From Mytilus edulis (taxonomy: Eukaryota), in NCBI RefSeq assembly GCF_963676685.1, contig NC_092344.1:10478001-10542000 (forward strand): 64,000 bases of DNA. Reading direction: 5' to 3'. The notes below the pieces were generated by a model. It was given only the letters and a program-made list of their open reading frames with translations. It made no database searches and was not told the DNA's origin. Positions 1 through 13,757 of this stretch are shown in pieces. Position 1 is the first letter of the stretch. Each line of letters opens with the position of its first letter. The translations under genes and the position numbers were made by a program.

Positions 1-578
1 AATTCCTAGACTGTATGCCCCATAACCCACAAAATAGACCTCAACCTTCTACTTATGGTATTCAATATTATGGTACAATTTCAGAACAATTGAAATACTT
101 ATACACGACTTTTTGTACGGACACTAGATTAATGCTTGTTTTGGTCACCTTTGGAACCCTTATTCCTAAACCTTAGGGACTATATATATAACCCCCACCA
201 AAACAATCCCAAGCTTCCTTTTATGATTATAAATATTATTGTGGATTCATAATTATTCTTTGAATACCAATTTTCGAGGCTTTCGTGGGTAGAGTCTAAC
301 CACGAAATTAAATGTTCAATGATTAACAAATTTTCTATATATATGCTTGTATGCAGACTTCGGCAAAACCACGAAATTAAATATCCACGAAAATGCAAAT
401 TTTCTTTAATCCACGAAAATTGGTACCCACAAAAATAAATGAATCCACAGTATGTTATAATTTTAGGCTTCCTTTTTACTTATACTGAAGTTATTATCTG
501 GAAACCATCCGTCTTGGGAAGACGACGACAGGATACCTACATGTATTTCAACTGCAAAAATTTCTGTGGTTGTTTAAA
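1..578. mobile_element. Partial Helentron/HINE-like non-autonomous repeat with a nested Tc1/mariner-type MITE (~236-452)
   Basis: Ends in a GAC microsatellite (gacgacgac ~521), an imperfect hairpin and an A-run, like the HINE-type ends at 38197 and 44535. Nested inverted ends tgtggattcat...atgaatccacag(ta). Confidence 0.5.
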
Positions 579-1750
579 AATTTCAAACATGTACAATGAA
601 ATATTGTTTTAGAAATTGATAAGCCTAGATATGCCTTATAATTTTTCCCTGCATAGTTGAAGGACCATTTACACTCAGAACCGAGTCATCAGTAGGCAGC
701 TAGTACAGATGTATTAAAACAACCTAGCATCATATTGCTAGTAGTGGTAGTAGCATTCTCGGGTAAATTTGTTCTTTTTTTTAAAATATGTTTGGTTCAA
801 ATCAAAATAGAATGCTTTTATCTCCCTAATACTTACATTGTAAATAGAGGTGATACTACTTTGACAAATCCTTGTACATGAGAGTTTTCTGTCAAATCTT
901 TATTTCACAAAGAATGATTTGCATAACAATGAACTGAGCTCAAAGCAAAGTATTCAATAATACACTTAGACAAAGAGCTAAATTCAGTGATATACTTTGT
1001 ACTACAGGTCCTTCGTTAACATCCATCGACCAAAACCACATCTCAAAAACATTCCATACTACATGGTTGGATTCAGAAGTCCTGAAAAAGACATGATTTT
1101 TTTTATCATATTTTAACTACATGGTTGGATTCAGAAGTCCTGAAAAAGACACGATTTTTTTATCATATTTTAAGTATATATACACAGGTTAAAACTTTCT
1201 TGTGGTACAATCATTCCGAATCTAGCAACTATCAATTTGCTTCATGCACATATTGATATGTGTTGAGTTTACCTCTGTTGGAAATAAGAACACACAAACC
1301 TCCACCTAATTTTAGTCAACGGACAAAACATTCAAAACTATAAAATATTATCTAAGACTTGTCAGTGTCTATTTACCATTGCCACTGAATCAGTGATATA
1401 TGTACACATAATTATGTACATGCAAGACTAAAATTATAAAGTACATATATAAGACTAAAACTGACATTCAGTCTTTACGATATCTTCATTCCCAAAGTCA
1501 TTTTCAAATCTGACTTCATGGTAAAATAAGATTCCATATCTACAATCAATGAAAAGGAAATATCCCTGTAATAGACTAGCATTTAAATCACAGTTTTCGA
1601 AAATGGAAGCTAGGTCACCGTGGAACCTAGAACTAAAAAAATCGAAACAATATATCTTAAATATTTCAAATGCATGTACATGAAATAATATTAATCTCTA
1701 AAATTCACCATATTGTTCCCTTTTTTATCTTCTGTTCGATACTGTATATC

Positions 1751-1900
1751 CAGTGGCGGATCCAGAAATTTTCTAAAGTGGGGGCCCACTGACTGACTGA
1801 CTGAGGGGGCTCGCTCCAGTCACGATTCAGTGATTCCCTATATAAGCAACCAATTTTTTTCTCAAATAGCAGGGGCCCGCCCCCCCTAAATCCGTCTCTG
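1751..1900. mobile_element. hAT-like MITE (CAGTGGCGGAT termini) with 5-bp TSD
   Basis: cagtggcggat...atccgtctctg, flanked by atatc (1746-1750 and 1901-1905). Confidence 0.8.
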
Positions 1901-2996
1901 ATATCAACCTCTAGATGTCTTTCAATTACATTCAGTTTAGTGTGGGTTGATGTTTGATTGTTGTACATGTTACAATGAGCAAAGCCCATATCGAGTCAGC
2001 TATAAAAGGCCCTGATAAGACAATGTAAAACAATTCAAACGAGAAAACTAACATGTCTGTTTAAGGTTACATCATCAAAATATGTAGGGTAGGTAGGTAG
2101 GTCGGTATTTTTTTTTTTTTTTTTTTTGCGCCATGATTTTGAATTGTGTGGTCCGTCTTGCATGGTCCGAGTTGTCCATGGGGCGAGAGTTCCCCTATTT
2201 ATAATAATTGGATTATTTCTTACGACGGCAATAAAATGGCTTAGGGTGGGTTCTCAAAATAGGATCGGTCAGGTACCCGTAAACAAACATATAGTTTTTT
2301 GGCCTTACTGAGAGGCTGAGAGCACCATTGAAATATATACAAATCACAGATCAGATACACATCAACTATGTAAGACCTAATTTCAACACCCCTAAACAGT
2401 AGAATTTTATTACATAATCTGAAAGATGAAACCTTGAACTTCACAGGAAAAATACTCCAATTACTGGGAAAAATCATTTAAAAAAGTATCAGTTCAATAT
2501 GTAAAGCCAATATTATAGCATTTTTTCAACTAAAATAGAATTTTCAGCTAAATGATAGCATCAAAAGCATACACCTTGCTACTTAAAAGTAGCAAAAAGT
2601 GTTGTTTTTTTTTTTTTAAATGTACATGTACTAAATAAAAGATGTCATTTAAATCTATTTGTTTTAAGTTTTGAAAAACTACAAAATCCCAATTTGTGAC
2701 TAAACCTTGCAAATTGAATTTTCTACTAAAAAAAGTGATTTAAAAATCACTGATTTCAGTAAACTTGTCCCCTGCATGACTGAACATGGCAATTTATGAG
2801 CTGCCATTTTATCACACCAAAACTGACAGATAAACCAAAAAAATGACAATTGTAGGATACGTTTCTGTAAAATATGATAAAATCATGTTTTTAAATAAAT
2901 GAATAATACCAAATAGATACACCAAATTTAAAGCACATTTACGGGAGGGATATACACAATCATTGCTAAACTATACATTTCAAACTCTATGCATTT

Positions 2997-3119
2997 CAGA
3001 GGCGGATGGGAAAAAATTTGGTTGCTTATATAGGGAATCAATGAAGCGTGACTGGAGCGGGCCCCCTCTTATGTCAGTCAGTGGACCCCCACTTATGGAA
3101 ATTCCTGGATCCGCCACTG
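2997..3119. mobile_element. Second, inverted copy of the same MITE with 5-bp TSD
   Basis: cagaggcggat...atccgccactg, flanked by cattt (2992-2996 and 3120-3124). The interior is the reverse complement of 1751-1900. Confidence 0.8.
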
Positions 3120-3374
3120 CATTTATAAATAAATATTGGTTTAAAAAAAGAAATATTGATGTGTATGACAGTATGACTATCATGCTTATTCTAAATTGAT
3201 GGTAAATTCCATGTCAGCATTGTATTTTGGGAATTCCCAGGTAAATGCCAAGTCTAAATACAGCTGCTTCATCAATACTATAGCTGTCTGTAAAGATATT
3301 CTTCCAAGCAATGCAAACCCAGCTGAGTACGGTGTATAAAAATACACTGAATATCCTCCACCAGTATTTACATG

Positions 3375-4485
3375 CAGGGGTGTGGAAATATTTGTTGTGA
3401 GCACTTGTCCCCGGGCAAGTGAAACCTAACATTTTACTTGTCCAGAAAAATATTTACTTGCCCTGATGATCTCAATAAATATTGAAGTATTTCTCGTTTA
3501 TAGCTAATATATGATTCTTACTTCGCACTGTTGTGCATCATCCATTTGTTTATATGTGTAAAAAAAAATAGGAAAGTAGGAAATGGGTTAACATCAATGG
3601 GACAGAAACCTAACAGCAAACCAACCAATGAAATGACATGACATGTAAAGGTCAATTTTGCAGCAGTTTTGATAAAAATTGTAGCCAGTATACATATACT
3701 AAATTTGAGGAGAGTGACTGATAATTTGAAAAAAAGTAAACTATAAATAATAGATAAAACTATTGATTTTGTGGTGTTTCTCTCAACTGACACACTTGTT
3801 TTTTTCTTGATTATTCATTATTGTCTTGATGGGCAATTAAAGCGTCCCTTCTTTTTACCACTTTGACAACAAATAATGTTGACCTTTCATCCATTATAAA
3901 ATAAGACAAAAACTTAATTTATTTTCCGAATTTCCATAGATAGCCAGGGGCAATCTGATATCCACGATGTCTGAAATTCTCGCTTCCGTTTTTATTTTTT
4001 AAATACTCTGTGTCCTCCATTTGCATTTAAGGTTTTCTACTCGACTCATGACTCTTTTTGTCTTGCTTGCCCAGCTTTTTATTTAGTATTTATCAATCTG
4101 AATCTCAATACAAAATTGAAAGAAATGACACTTCCGGCAAATGACGGATAAAACCTAATCGACGATCCCGGTTCAATGGACAAAGCCAATGCAATGTTAC
4201 GCAACTCGGGTTCGCATACTTATTTTTATTTGTTTTGGTAATCGATCTATTTCCAGTATCATGTAATATTTATCGTCATGAACATTGATGTTTTTACTTG
4301 CTGAACATTGGTTTCTCTTACATAAATTAAACATCTCTATACGTTTTGAAATTAATTTTATCTTTTGTTGGATTTGAACTTTGTCTTGTGTATTTTTTTA
4401 CTTGTCCACGGGCAACCAAGACAAAAATAATTACTTGTCCGGTTGTTCAAATGTACGAGTCGGGCATAGCATTTCCACACCCCTG
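3375..4485. mobile_element. 1.1-kb non-autonomous TIR DNA transposon (hAT-like CAGGGG termini)
   Basis: Perfect 15-bp TIRs caggggtgtggaaat (3375-3389) / atttccacacccctg (4471-4485). Subterminal acttgtcc motifs at both ends. Flanks acatg/ccatg. Confidence 0.75.
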
Positions 4486-4817
4486 CCATGCGTACAGTAA
4501 ATCTGTTAAAGAGAAAACCCCTCCTATCCCCCCCTCATTAAATGCACCAAGAATTTCAGGGCTGTAATGTAGGTCATTTATACACACCAGAATTGTACAA
4601 AAAACTTATGTCATGTTTCTGTATACCAAATTATCATGAAATTGAGCTGTTTCCTTCAACATATACAAATATGTAGAAATAATGTACATCTTTTTAATTA
4701 AGATACCAGATACGACTAAACATGTAAACAACCCCTGAACTACAATGTTATACGGAATCGTCCATAATGTAAACCCCTAATATACAATGTTGTATGGAAT
4801 CGTCCAGGCGAAAGACA

Positions 4818-5189
4818 GAATTCTCAGATCTGCAGTGACATCACAACATGTAACTGACCAATCAATGATTAGCATTTTTGTTATGTAAACAATGCTGAGA
4901 GGTGATGCGGATAAGATTCCTCTAGATTTTCCATAGACTTATTGCAAATTAATTTAATTGATATATATCGTAACCAGTTGAATATAGTAATTTTACTCTT
5001 TTAATACTGTTAAAGACACTATATAATATCTCTATTTTGATTTTTAACATACTGTAACCTCTGGTTAAAAAATAATCGGCAATATAAATAATCAGTAATC
5101 CCCTTCAAATAGATGAAAAATCTAGAGGATTCCGGATGACATCACCTCCTGACAAATGTAAATGCCAGGATGTCCGGATCTGAGAATTC
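4818..5189. mobile_element. MITE-like foldback element
   Basis: TIR gaattctcagatc (4818-4830) / gatctgagaattc (5177-5189), plus inner inverted blocks gaggtgatg..cctctagatttt / aaaatctagagg..catcacctc. Confidence 0.55.
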
Positions 5190-6368
5190 GCGAATACACG
5201 GTTTCCGCTGTTAATGCCAGTGTTATCATGACTGACATTAGGGGATGAAATGCATATAGATGACTATAAACAGCTGATAAAGTATATTCAATAGTAACTT
5301 TTTTGTTCGTTGAAATGTGTGGGATTGTGCAGCACGTGTCATCATGACATGTGTCCCTTCGCGGCCTTCAGTTTAGATTATAGACTAGAGAAGAGACTAA
5401 ATGCGTACAAACCTGATGTCAAATGAAGATATACGGAATTTAAATAACGTTGATCTTTTAAATGTACGAAACACAAACACATATGACAATTGTTCACATA
5501 AAATAGATAGTAATTTTTTTTCCAAATGAACGTCCATTAAAATTAAGTCTGTGATGAATATTTCCCGCGCAAATGTCATGGAATAGACCAAAACGAATTT
5601 TCGGTGTGTGTTGTCATTAAAACATTCGGGTCAATGAACACAGTTAGATTAAATATATAAATATGTTAACTATATTTATATTGGTTTTTCAGAAAAGTGA
5701 CTTTACCAGATTTTTTTGGGTGGCAAACAACGGTAAATAGCCTATATCATCTTACATGACATATGAAAACCCCTTAAGCATAATGGTGTGTGTATGGAAT
5801 AGTCCATGGAATTGTCCAAACCGATACAGGTGAAATACGTAGAATAATATTGCTGTGTCTATTGTGGGCACAGCAATAAAATCAGATTTAAGATCCTTAT
5901 GAGCCCGTAGTAAAGTAAAAAAACTGTAAAAAGCCTTATTTAATAAAATTTGCTCGATTAACCTTGAAGTGAAGACTAATAAAAATTGCGTGTATAGTGA
6001 ACCCCCTAAATAAAATAATACTGTGTTCTAGACCACTTCCCCTTTCGGTGATCTACAGAAATGATTTTTTACTATATAGTATGTTAAACATAGATTGAAA
6101 TTAATATCTCAAGGTTTCTAAACGTAACGAAAAAGATGTTCGTGATTTGCCATTTATAAATTTTGCAGGGTAAAAATAATTAATTAAACATCTGCAGTTA
6201 ATTTGGACTTGGTTGTGTATTCATACATCCCGCATAGCCAAACACACCTTCAATTGGCAATAATAGTTGTAAAGTACATGTACAGTCTCGAATTAATTTT
6301 TTTTCGTTTTTAAATAGAATACAAACGTTTACTCAAAACAAAATATCACAACGTCTACATTCATTTGC

Positions 6369-6580
6369 GACTGTCATACTAGTGAGAGGTTTAGCTATCT
6401 ATAAAACCAGGTTCAATCCACCATTTTCTGCATAAGAAAATGCCTGTACCAAGTCAGGAATGTGACAGTTGTTATCCATTTGTGTGATGTGTTTGAGCTT
6501 TTGAGTTTACCATTTGATTAAGGACATTTGGTGTTGAATTTTCCTTGGAATTCAGTATTTTTTGTGATTTTCGTTTTTCA
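6369..6580 (+). repeat. Interspersed SINE-like repeat family (other copies ~11478-11670, 21340-21550; inverted ~14705-14815, 18170-18350)
   Basis: Shared blocks gtgagaggtttagc..aaaaccaggttcaatccacca..gcctgtaccaagtcagg..agttcagtattttt recur in the window. Confidence 0.7.
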
Positions 6581-8241
6581 ATGAAAAAAATATTTTCTAA
6601 ATTACTTTGAAAGAGGGACGAAAGATACCAGAGGGACGGTCAAACTCATAAGTCAAAAATAAAGTGACAACGCCATGGCTAAATATGAAAAAGACAAACC
6701 TTATACTTAAAGTGATCATACACATAATAATAATTTTATTTTCAAAATACACCCATATGGGTCAAGCAAACACAAATACAAATGTACATGTATATATTAC
6801 AGATAGACAAGTAAAAAACTACAAATGTAAACATAAAACAATACAAAAGTAAATGGTAATGTAATTTTTGATGGACATGGACATCACGTTCGCAAATCTA
6901 AAGATTGCTTTATAAAGTCGCCAACTTCTATCAAAGGCTCATCTTTAGGATTCAAGAGTTGTTGCTTAAACGTTTTAAGTGGATGATAATGTAGACGATA
7001 TATATCAGTAATGTACAGAATTATTTTCATACAACAACTAAAGGGTGCTTCAATAGGACTTAACACAAACTTTCATCAAAATCATCGATGCAAAAACATC
7101 TGCATTTCTCATGTTTTTATTATATTTCTGAGAAGATTTCTCTCCGTTATACAATAACTTGATAATTTTGTTTTATTTCATTTGTTTTATTTTAGACGTA
7201 TATTTTTTCTATTTAACTGGTTGCCAAATTTGACGATCTCGTTTCCTAAAGAATCTCTTATAATATTACTGTTTAGTCTGTTTTATTGATATCCATTTGA
7301 CGTGACTCTGTACCGTCATTGTGTTTTTGTTCTATAATTTTTGTATACTTATTTTTATTTTTTGCTAAATTAAATGTTCTTTGTTTATACCACTTTTTGT
7401 GTTTCTTTGATGCATAATACGTGGCTCTGTACGTATGGATCCCGCCATTGTGTTATTGTTATATGATATTTTTTGTGTTCTTGTCTTTCATATCTGATAA
7501 TGATTGTATTTATGCACTTTTGTGTTACTTTGATAAATAATGACGTGGCTCTTTTGTTTTAGAAGAAATTCACAATAAGCATACAGACGAGGGGAAAGAA
7601 GGACAAGGACACTTTTTATTTAGATTCTGCAGAGACTATGCCTTAAATAACTATATATTATATTCTGTTCAAGTTTGAACGACAAAATTATTTTATATCT
7701 ACCTGTGAGACGTTTAAATGCCAATCCACTGATTAACGTTAAACGAGCGATTCTACGACAGAGTCTAAGTTCTTAAAATCTTTCAATCCATTATGGGTGG
7801 ATTTCACATAGATAAATAAAATCGTATTATGAAAAAAAGTTGTTAATTTTTATATGTGCCTTTTTTCTTTCTTTTTTGTTACATATTTGTTTGTTTTTGT
7901 AGTGATTAAGATTATAACTCAATATTGACTGCTGTTCCCCTATTTTTGCCATTTTTACATAAAGCGAGACTACAACTGTTCGTTAAGACTGAAATAAAAT
8001 GAATGTAAGCAATTAAAGCCAACTTAATAACATTCATCAAAGAGAAAATGCTATTCCGCATTGATGGTTAATTAAGCACCAAACATAAAAAATATGAAAC
8101 ATGAAGAAAACTAAAGGTCTTATTTATAACAAAACAATTTTAGAAACACAAGTATTTCAGACACGAAAAAGAGTCCTGGAGGTCGTCAATTTGATTCCAG
8201 CCCGGGTTGATATAAATTTTCTGTATCCATGAAGTTTTAAT

Positions 8242-9477
8242 CTAAATATTTCCAGTGACAATTATTGTTTTTTTAATTGACTCGTGTTTACAGCATTTTT
8301 TCAATTCCCTTTTCAATTTTACATCAAAATAACAATAAATAAAAGGATTAACCATGTGATTAACAAAAAATAGCCGTGCTATATAAAACCAAGCAAATGT
8401 TTCTCCTCTCGATAAAGTTATAAGGTTAAAACTACCAATTGCGAATCTAAGAATTATACAGACAATCGTAGGAATATAAGAAACAACGTAAACAAAAATT
8501 ATAACAAAAAACATAGTTCTTATTCTTCCTTTTACTGAACTACTCTTTGATTTGGAAGACTCCTTTAAGCTTTCTTCATTTTCTTCTTGTTCAGTACTTG
8601 AATTATCCGTTGCAGAAGATATTTGCACTGCATAAGTAAGAGGACCCTTATTTCTATTTGCATATTCGAGTTCTTGATTCGAAACAATATTATGAGTGTT
8701 ACTATTTCCGGTCATTTTACTGTTAGCTGGTGTTTTAATAACAGATAATACCTCAATACTTGATGTCTTTTTCAAGCTTATTTCCAAAACTTCTTGACCA
8801 GATATGTTTTGTTCCTTATTATTAGGAAAGGCAATCTGAATCTTTTTCAAGATTGGTATGCACAGGACTGTGGTAATACCAAGATTTAACAGTATTATTA
8901 GAGCAAGAAGACCAAAGTAAATAGTTGTCGGTATTGAGTGTACTGTCGACAATCTACAGGTTGTTGTATTTATTGTATGATTTAGAAAAACGTCTTCGGA
9001 TGTATTTGTTCCTGATATTCCTAAAAGTGGACAGGAATACAATACTGTAAATAAACAGGCACCAGCAACCAAAACTCTTTTCCAGAAAATTGTCATCTTT
9101 GGTCCGAAAGGTTTGCATACTAAAAGGTATCTTTGAACACTGATGATCAAGATAATGTGGGCCGACAGTCCGGTAGCAAACATTTGCAAGAATGTTGTGA
9201 CACAACAAAAGGTGTTACTAGGAAAATCAAATAAATATGTATTATTCATAACATGTTTTGTCGAAATAATTAAACAAGCTATGAGATCTACGATTGCTAA
9301 TATAGGAATGAAATAACGTTCTCCTCGTTCCTTAATCCGACAGAAGTAAAAGGCGATAGTTGCACAATTTCCTATAACCCCTATTACTGTTCCAATAACA
9401 ATTAGAACTGTTTGACTGAGAAAAATGTCGGAATGTCTGTCTTTCAGAACTTCATTGTAGTCTATAACGGTTGCCAT
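8242..9477 (-). CDS. Class A (rhodopsin-like) orphan GPCR, intronless CDS, ~411 aa
   Basis: Seven hydrophobic segments: GN in TM1 (GVIGN), LAxxD in TM2 (ILAIVDL), QRY at the DRY position, long Ser/Lys-rich ICL3, SYIP in TM6, NPFIY in TM7. The likely start is MATVID at 9477, preceded by a pyrimidine tract and cag|A splice acceptor that is conserved in the paralogue. The ORF track's extension to 9531 is probably intronic. Confidence 0.9.
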   Translation of the reverse strand: MATVIDYNEVLKDRHSDIFLSQTVLIVIGTVIGVIGNCATIAFYFCRIKERGERYFIPILAIVDLIACLIISTKHVMNNTYLFDFPSNTFCCVTTFLQMFATGLSAHIILIISVQRYLLVCKPFGPKMTIFWKRVLVAGACLFTVLYSCPLLGISGTNTSEDVFLNHTINTTTCRLSTVHSIPTTIYFGLLALIILLNLGITTVLCIPILKKIQIAFPNNKEQNISGQEVLEISLKKTSSIEVLSVIKTPANSKMTGNSNTHNIVSNQELEYANRNKGPLTYAVQISSATDNSSTEQEENEESLKESSKSKSSSVKGRIRTMFFVIIFVYVVSYIPTIVCIILRFAIGSFNLITLSRGETFAWFYIARLFFVNHMVNPFIYCYFDVKLKRELKKCCKHESIKKTIIVTGNI

Positions 9478-10810
9478 TCTGCAATTTAAATTACAAAATA
9501 AGAACTGCATGGTATCAATTAGGATATTCATGATACAATTTATAATAAAGAATATTAAAATTTCGATGTTTTTAATTATTAACTTAAATCTTTACTATCT
9601 AACCTTATAATATAAACCTTAGTAGCATTGGTTGTTTTCCTTTTTAAATGTATATTTTTTTTAAGTTCGAAAACAATTATTCACAAAAAAAAGAAAGTCA
9701 CATTTTATTGCGATTTAACAACAGTCTATACCTCCTAAAAACTCTACGACAGAGCTAAAATGATAGACAAATGTTTCCTCTTTCCATGTGTAGATTTTTC
9801 ATAGTGATGCAAATCAGTCCATTAAACTCTTAAAATGCTTTTTTTTTAATTTGTCACTGCAGTATTTGAAATTTACCTTTAAATAACTTCTAGTTCACCC
9901 GTGGGCATTTATTTTATGTCCATGATATCATGATTTTTAATCAAATTTTAATACGATTGCTTTTAGGTAAATTTCTTCATCAAAATTATATATAAGTGTA
10001 ATATACGTTCGTCAACACCAGAAAAGTGCCGATTCATATTTTCAAAATTCGAAGGAGGAAGCTAACATGTTTGAATGGAAATAGCACGTGCAGAAAATAC
10101 CATAAAATTCCGTTTAGAAAACAAACACAGTTTCTTATAATCAAACCGGTTAAATAAAAAAAAAACATCGATATAAAAAGAAATCGTTTAAAGATATTCA
10201 GAATAAAAGCTGAAAGTGTACCTTTTAACACTTAAATAAATATGTTCATACACTGCAAATTGTTCACAATTTACCTTAAATTCGAATTAAAATTCCTCTT
10301 TACTCGAACAACAACGAACCAATATTAGATTATTTCCGTACCGCTGCACAGTTTGTTTGATGACACATTGAAAGGAAGGGATAACGAGTTAATGAAATAT
10401 TCAACTTATTAAACAACTTACAAAATAATCCTAAGCATGTTCAGTATAAGCCGTGGGAAAACCGATCAGAACAATAGGGAAAAAAATCCGATGACGCGAT
10501 AACAATTTCAACAATAGAAAGGAAACTCTTCATATGAAAAACTCGACAAAAAAATAATATAAAGGATATGCCTGTAACCATTCAAAAATTATTTCGGGAC
10601 AACAATCGTACATTTTAAAGGAAGTATTTGTTAAACACTGTTTGTTTCATTTTTAGATAATTGAGTTTAAAGTTTATAAATCTTGGGTGAATTCTATAAA
10701 AAAAAATTGACAAACTATGTTACATACAAAATCTAAAGCGCTCTCGAGTCACTTATGTGTGGAGTATTCTTTCTAGTACTTAGCATATTACAAATTCCCA
10801 AGGTATTATA

Positions 10811-10987
10811 CCGTATAGTGGGTTATTTTCGCAGGGTGTAACTTTTCGTTTATTTTCGTGGACAGAACAAAATCGGCAAAATAAATCTCGCCAATTAAAA
10901 GTCAACATGCAAAGGCATTCATAAATGTTCTGAATTCTCCAAAAAAAATTTGCGAAATGTACAACCTCGAAAATAACCTTTATACGG
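10811..10987. mobile_element. Tc1/mariner-type MITE with TA TSD
   Basis: ta|ccgtatagtgggttattttcg...cgaaaataacctttatacgg|ta. Confidence 0.7.
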
Positions 10988-12499
10988 TACCTAATTCATA
11001 AAACTTAATTTAGGAATACGCCGATCTACTCATTGTCACGTGTACTTTCAACATAGAACTATTATTTTTCCATAAATACATGAATATAACGAATTACACT
11101 TTGTGAATTTGCCTATTACGAAATTCAAGACACATATTTATATACATGGTAGGTTGTTCGTTAGAAGCTTTTAAATAATTTATTTACAATTCTATAAGCA
11201 CAGGTCGTCTCAATTGTGGTATTCTCAATGTATTCTCATTCAATGTGTACACCAGAGTAGGTATGTTTGAATTTGTATAGTATAAGTTGCTTAATTTAAA
11301 AAAAGTTAATCTTTGCGTCATATTAATCGATTCTGTAAGCATGTTTTCCTTAGCTTCTTTGATCTACTTACATTCATATATACGAATTACTGTCAACTTA
11401 GTTTTTAGCACTTCGGTCAATTCATTTCCACAAGCACTTTGATTATGCAAATATAGGCTTTGCGGATATTTGATAAGACTGTCATACAAGTGAGAGGTTT
11501 AGCGCTATAAAACCAGGTTCAATCCACCACATTTTACATTTAAAAATGCCTGTACCAAGTCAAGATTATTACATTCGTTTGATGTGTTTCGTCATTTGAT
11601 TTTGCCATTTGATTAGGGACTTTCCGTTTTAAATTTTCCTCAGAGTTCAGTATTTTTGAGATTTACTTTTATATAACGATTTGAAAGTTATATTAGTTCG
11701 GGTTCAAACAATAAAGGAAACTATTTTTTACTTATTTTCACGGGTGGACATTGGATGTGGGAGACAACTCTGCCACGTGTATTTGAAGTCACTTTTGCAT
11801 CATTTCACATGGAATGCCTTAAATAACACTATTTAGTAATGCACTGAGGAGTTCTGAAACGGATATAATGTCATGTGACATAATTTAGATAATATCTTTA
11901 AAGGATTTGAAAAATGTAATAAAAAATAATAAATTGAATAATAAAATATATGGTTTCAGTGATAAGCTATTGCATGTATTGGTAAATAGGCTAAACTTAT
12001 ATGGGCGTTGCTCATTGTTGAAGGCCGTACGGTGACATATATTTGTTAATTTCTGTGTCATTTTGGTCTCTTGCGGAGAGTTGTCTCATTGAAAATCATA
12101 CCGCATCATCTTTTTTTATAAACTGTATATCTGTGGTTTTAATGATCTGAACATCCGTCCTAGAACAAGCTAGTGTTAATATATATTCTTCATTAGCACA
12201 AAGCTAGTTCGTAGACTGTCATAACATTTAATTATGATAGAATCTGTTTTTTGAAGACAGGGCATGCTGTTTTGTAGTCTGGGGTGAGAAACGAATACAT
12301 GAAGATGATATGTAAATTTGTGTCAAGAACTTCGTCTCATACTGTTTTTCCTCATAAACTTCATAACAATTCTTATTGAGACAATACAATTTGGACTTGT
12401 GCGCATGAAAAGAATACAACGACAGCTTGTAGAACGTTTATTTGAACTACTTCTACTAGTTTTACTTTTTTTTATTGTTATATCCAGACACTCGGCGAA

Positions 12500-13380
12500 T
12501 TTCTCTTAAAGAAGACAAATAAACGTGTTTCCATCTTGCTTAGAATTGTTTAATAAGACGGACTCTCTTTTTTGCTTGATCATTCATAGTTTAATGATTG
12601 TTTGTAAAATCAGTCCTATAACAGTCTCTATCATTTGTATGTAATGGATACCGGAAATATTTAATTTGTCTTCCATATAATAGATTCGACGAAATAAGCG
12701 GCTCTAGATCGGCAATGTCCGACGATATATAGGCGGTCTTTTGTTAAGGTTAGCTTCTATTTCCACAACTAAAGTCAGTACTAGAGTTAAATCTATACAT
12801 GCGCGACCAAGAACCACATTTATGCAATTCGTCGTGAGTACAACAGTCTTCCCCCAAAACGCCGTACCATGGGGCACGTTATTGCATGAATTTTCATGTG
12901 GTTCTAAATTTTCTGAATTTGTCATGTAAACATTCAGAGTCAGTTAGCTTACGTATTTCATCCACGGCGGCAAACACATATTATAGCATTGTCTGATATC
13001 AATGAATATGAATCTTTGGAAAGCTAGCATGAACGATTTTTTAGTCATATCTGGAACTCTTTCAAGATGAATAGCTCGAATATTGGCACATGTAAACAAG
13101 CATATATACACTTTACAAAATAGTCCATTGTCTCTGTATGTTACAAGTGCACCACTGAAATTGACGCTGATATAGTAAATGGTTTTTCGGACGATAATCT
13201 ATCTTTTGGTAGTGGTGGAGGATCTGTTGCTTTGTTGGCAACTCTATTTTTCGACAACCTAAGCATTTTCGAATTACGCATCCAACTTGATCACGTATCT
13301 TAGCGATATGCATAAAATCCATTCGACCTCGAAAATACTAGTTGTTGAATAAAATATTCAAAACATATGTCTCCCGCTGA
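12500..13380 (-). mobile_element. Decayed BEL/Pao LTR-retrotransposon integrase fragment
   Basis: Frame-switching translation gives IRKCLGCRK, PPPLPKDRL..PFT, KVYICLFTCANIRAIHLERVPDMT..FMLAFQRF, ISDNA, RAPWYG, VLGRA..EIEANLNKRP and RWKHVYLSSLRE, which are BEL/Pao integrase motifs. Many stops and frameshifts. Confidence 0.85.
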
Positions 13381-13757
13381 CATATGGGATACATTGGATA
13401 TAGTAGATTATCTCCTGAGTATTAGCTCTTTATTAGATAAATAGTTTACGTTTTAGCGTGAAGTTTAATATGCTCAATAAATTACAATGTTACTTCTAAA
13501 ATATTTCAAAAGTAACGTTGTCGCGTGTCATGTTTTATTGTGTTTAACTGTCTAGGTTAATTCGTTATGTTTTTCTTTTTTCATCGTCTAGCCTAATTCG
13601 TTATCCTCAGAACGAATGATGCTCATGTTTGCTACACGGGCTTGATCCCTGTTTGAACTAATTTGTGACAGATAACTAATGATAATTAAACTGAAATTCA
13701 AATAAGAGTACCTAAAAAATGTAATGATAGAATTAAAAAAAACTAAAACTAATATAC

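Noticed and set aside
672-740. Possible C/D box snoRNA on the minus strand (ATGATG..CTGATGA..CTGA)
   Set aside because: Imperfect C box, no convincing terminal stem, and no rRNA guide I can identify.
5140-5600. CpG-richer promoter-like patch (E-box cacgtg, tttcccgc)
   Set aside because: Partly within repeats, and no gene start can be tied to it.
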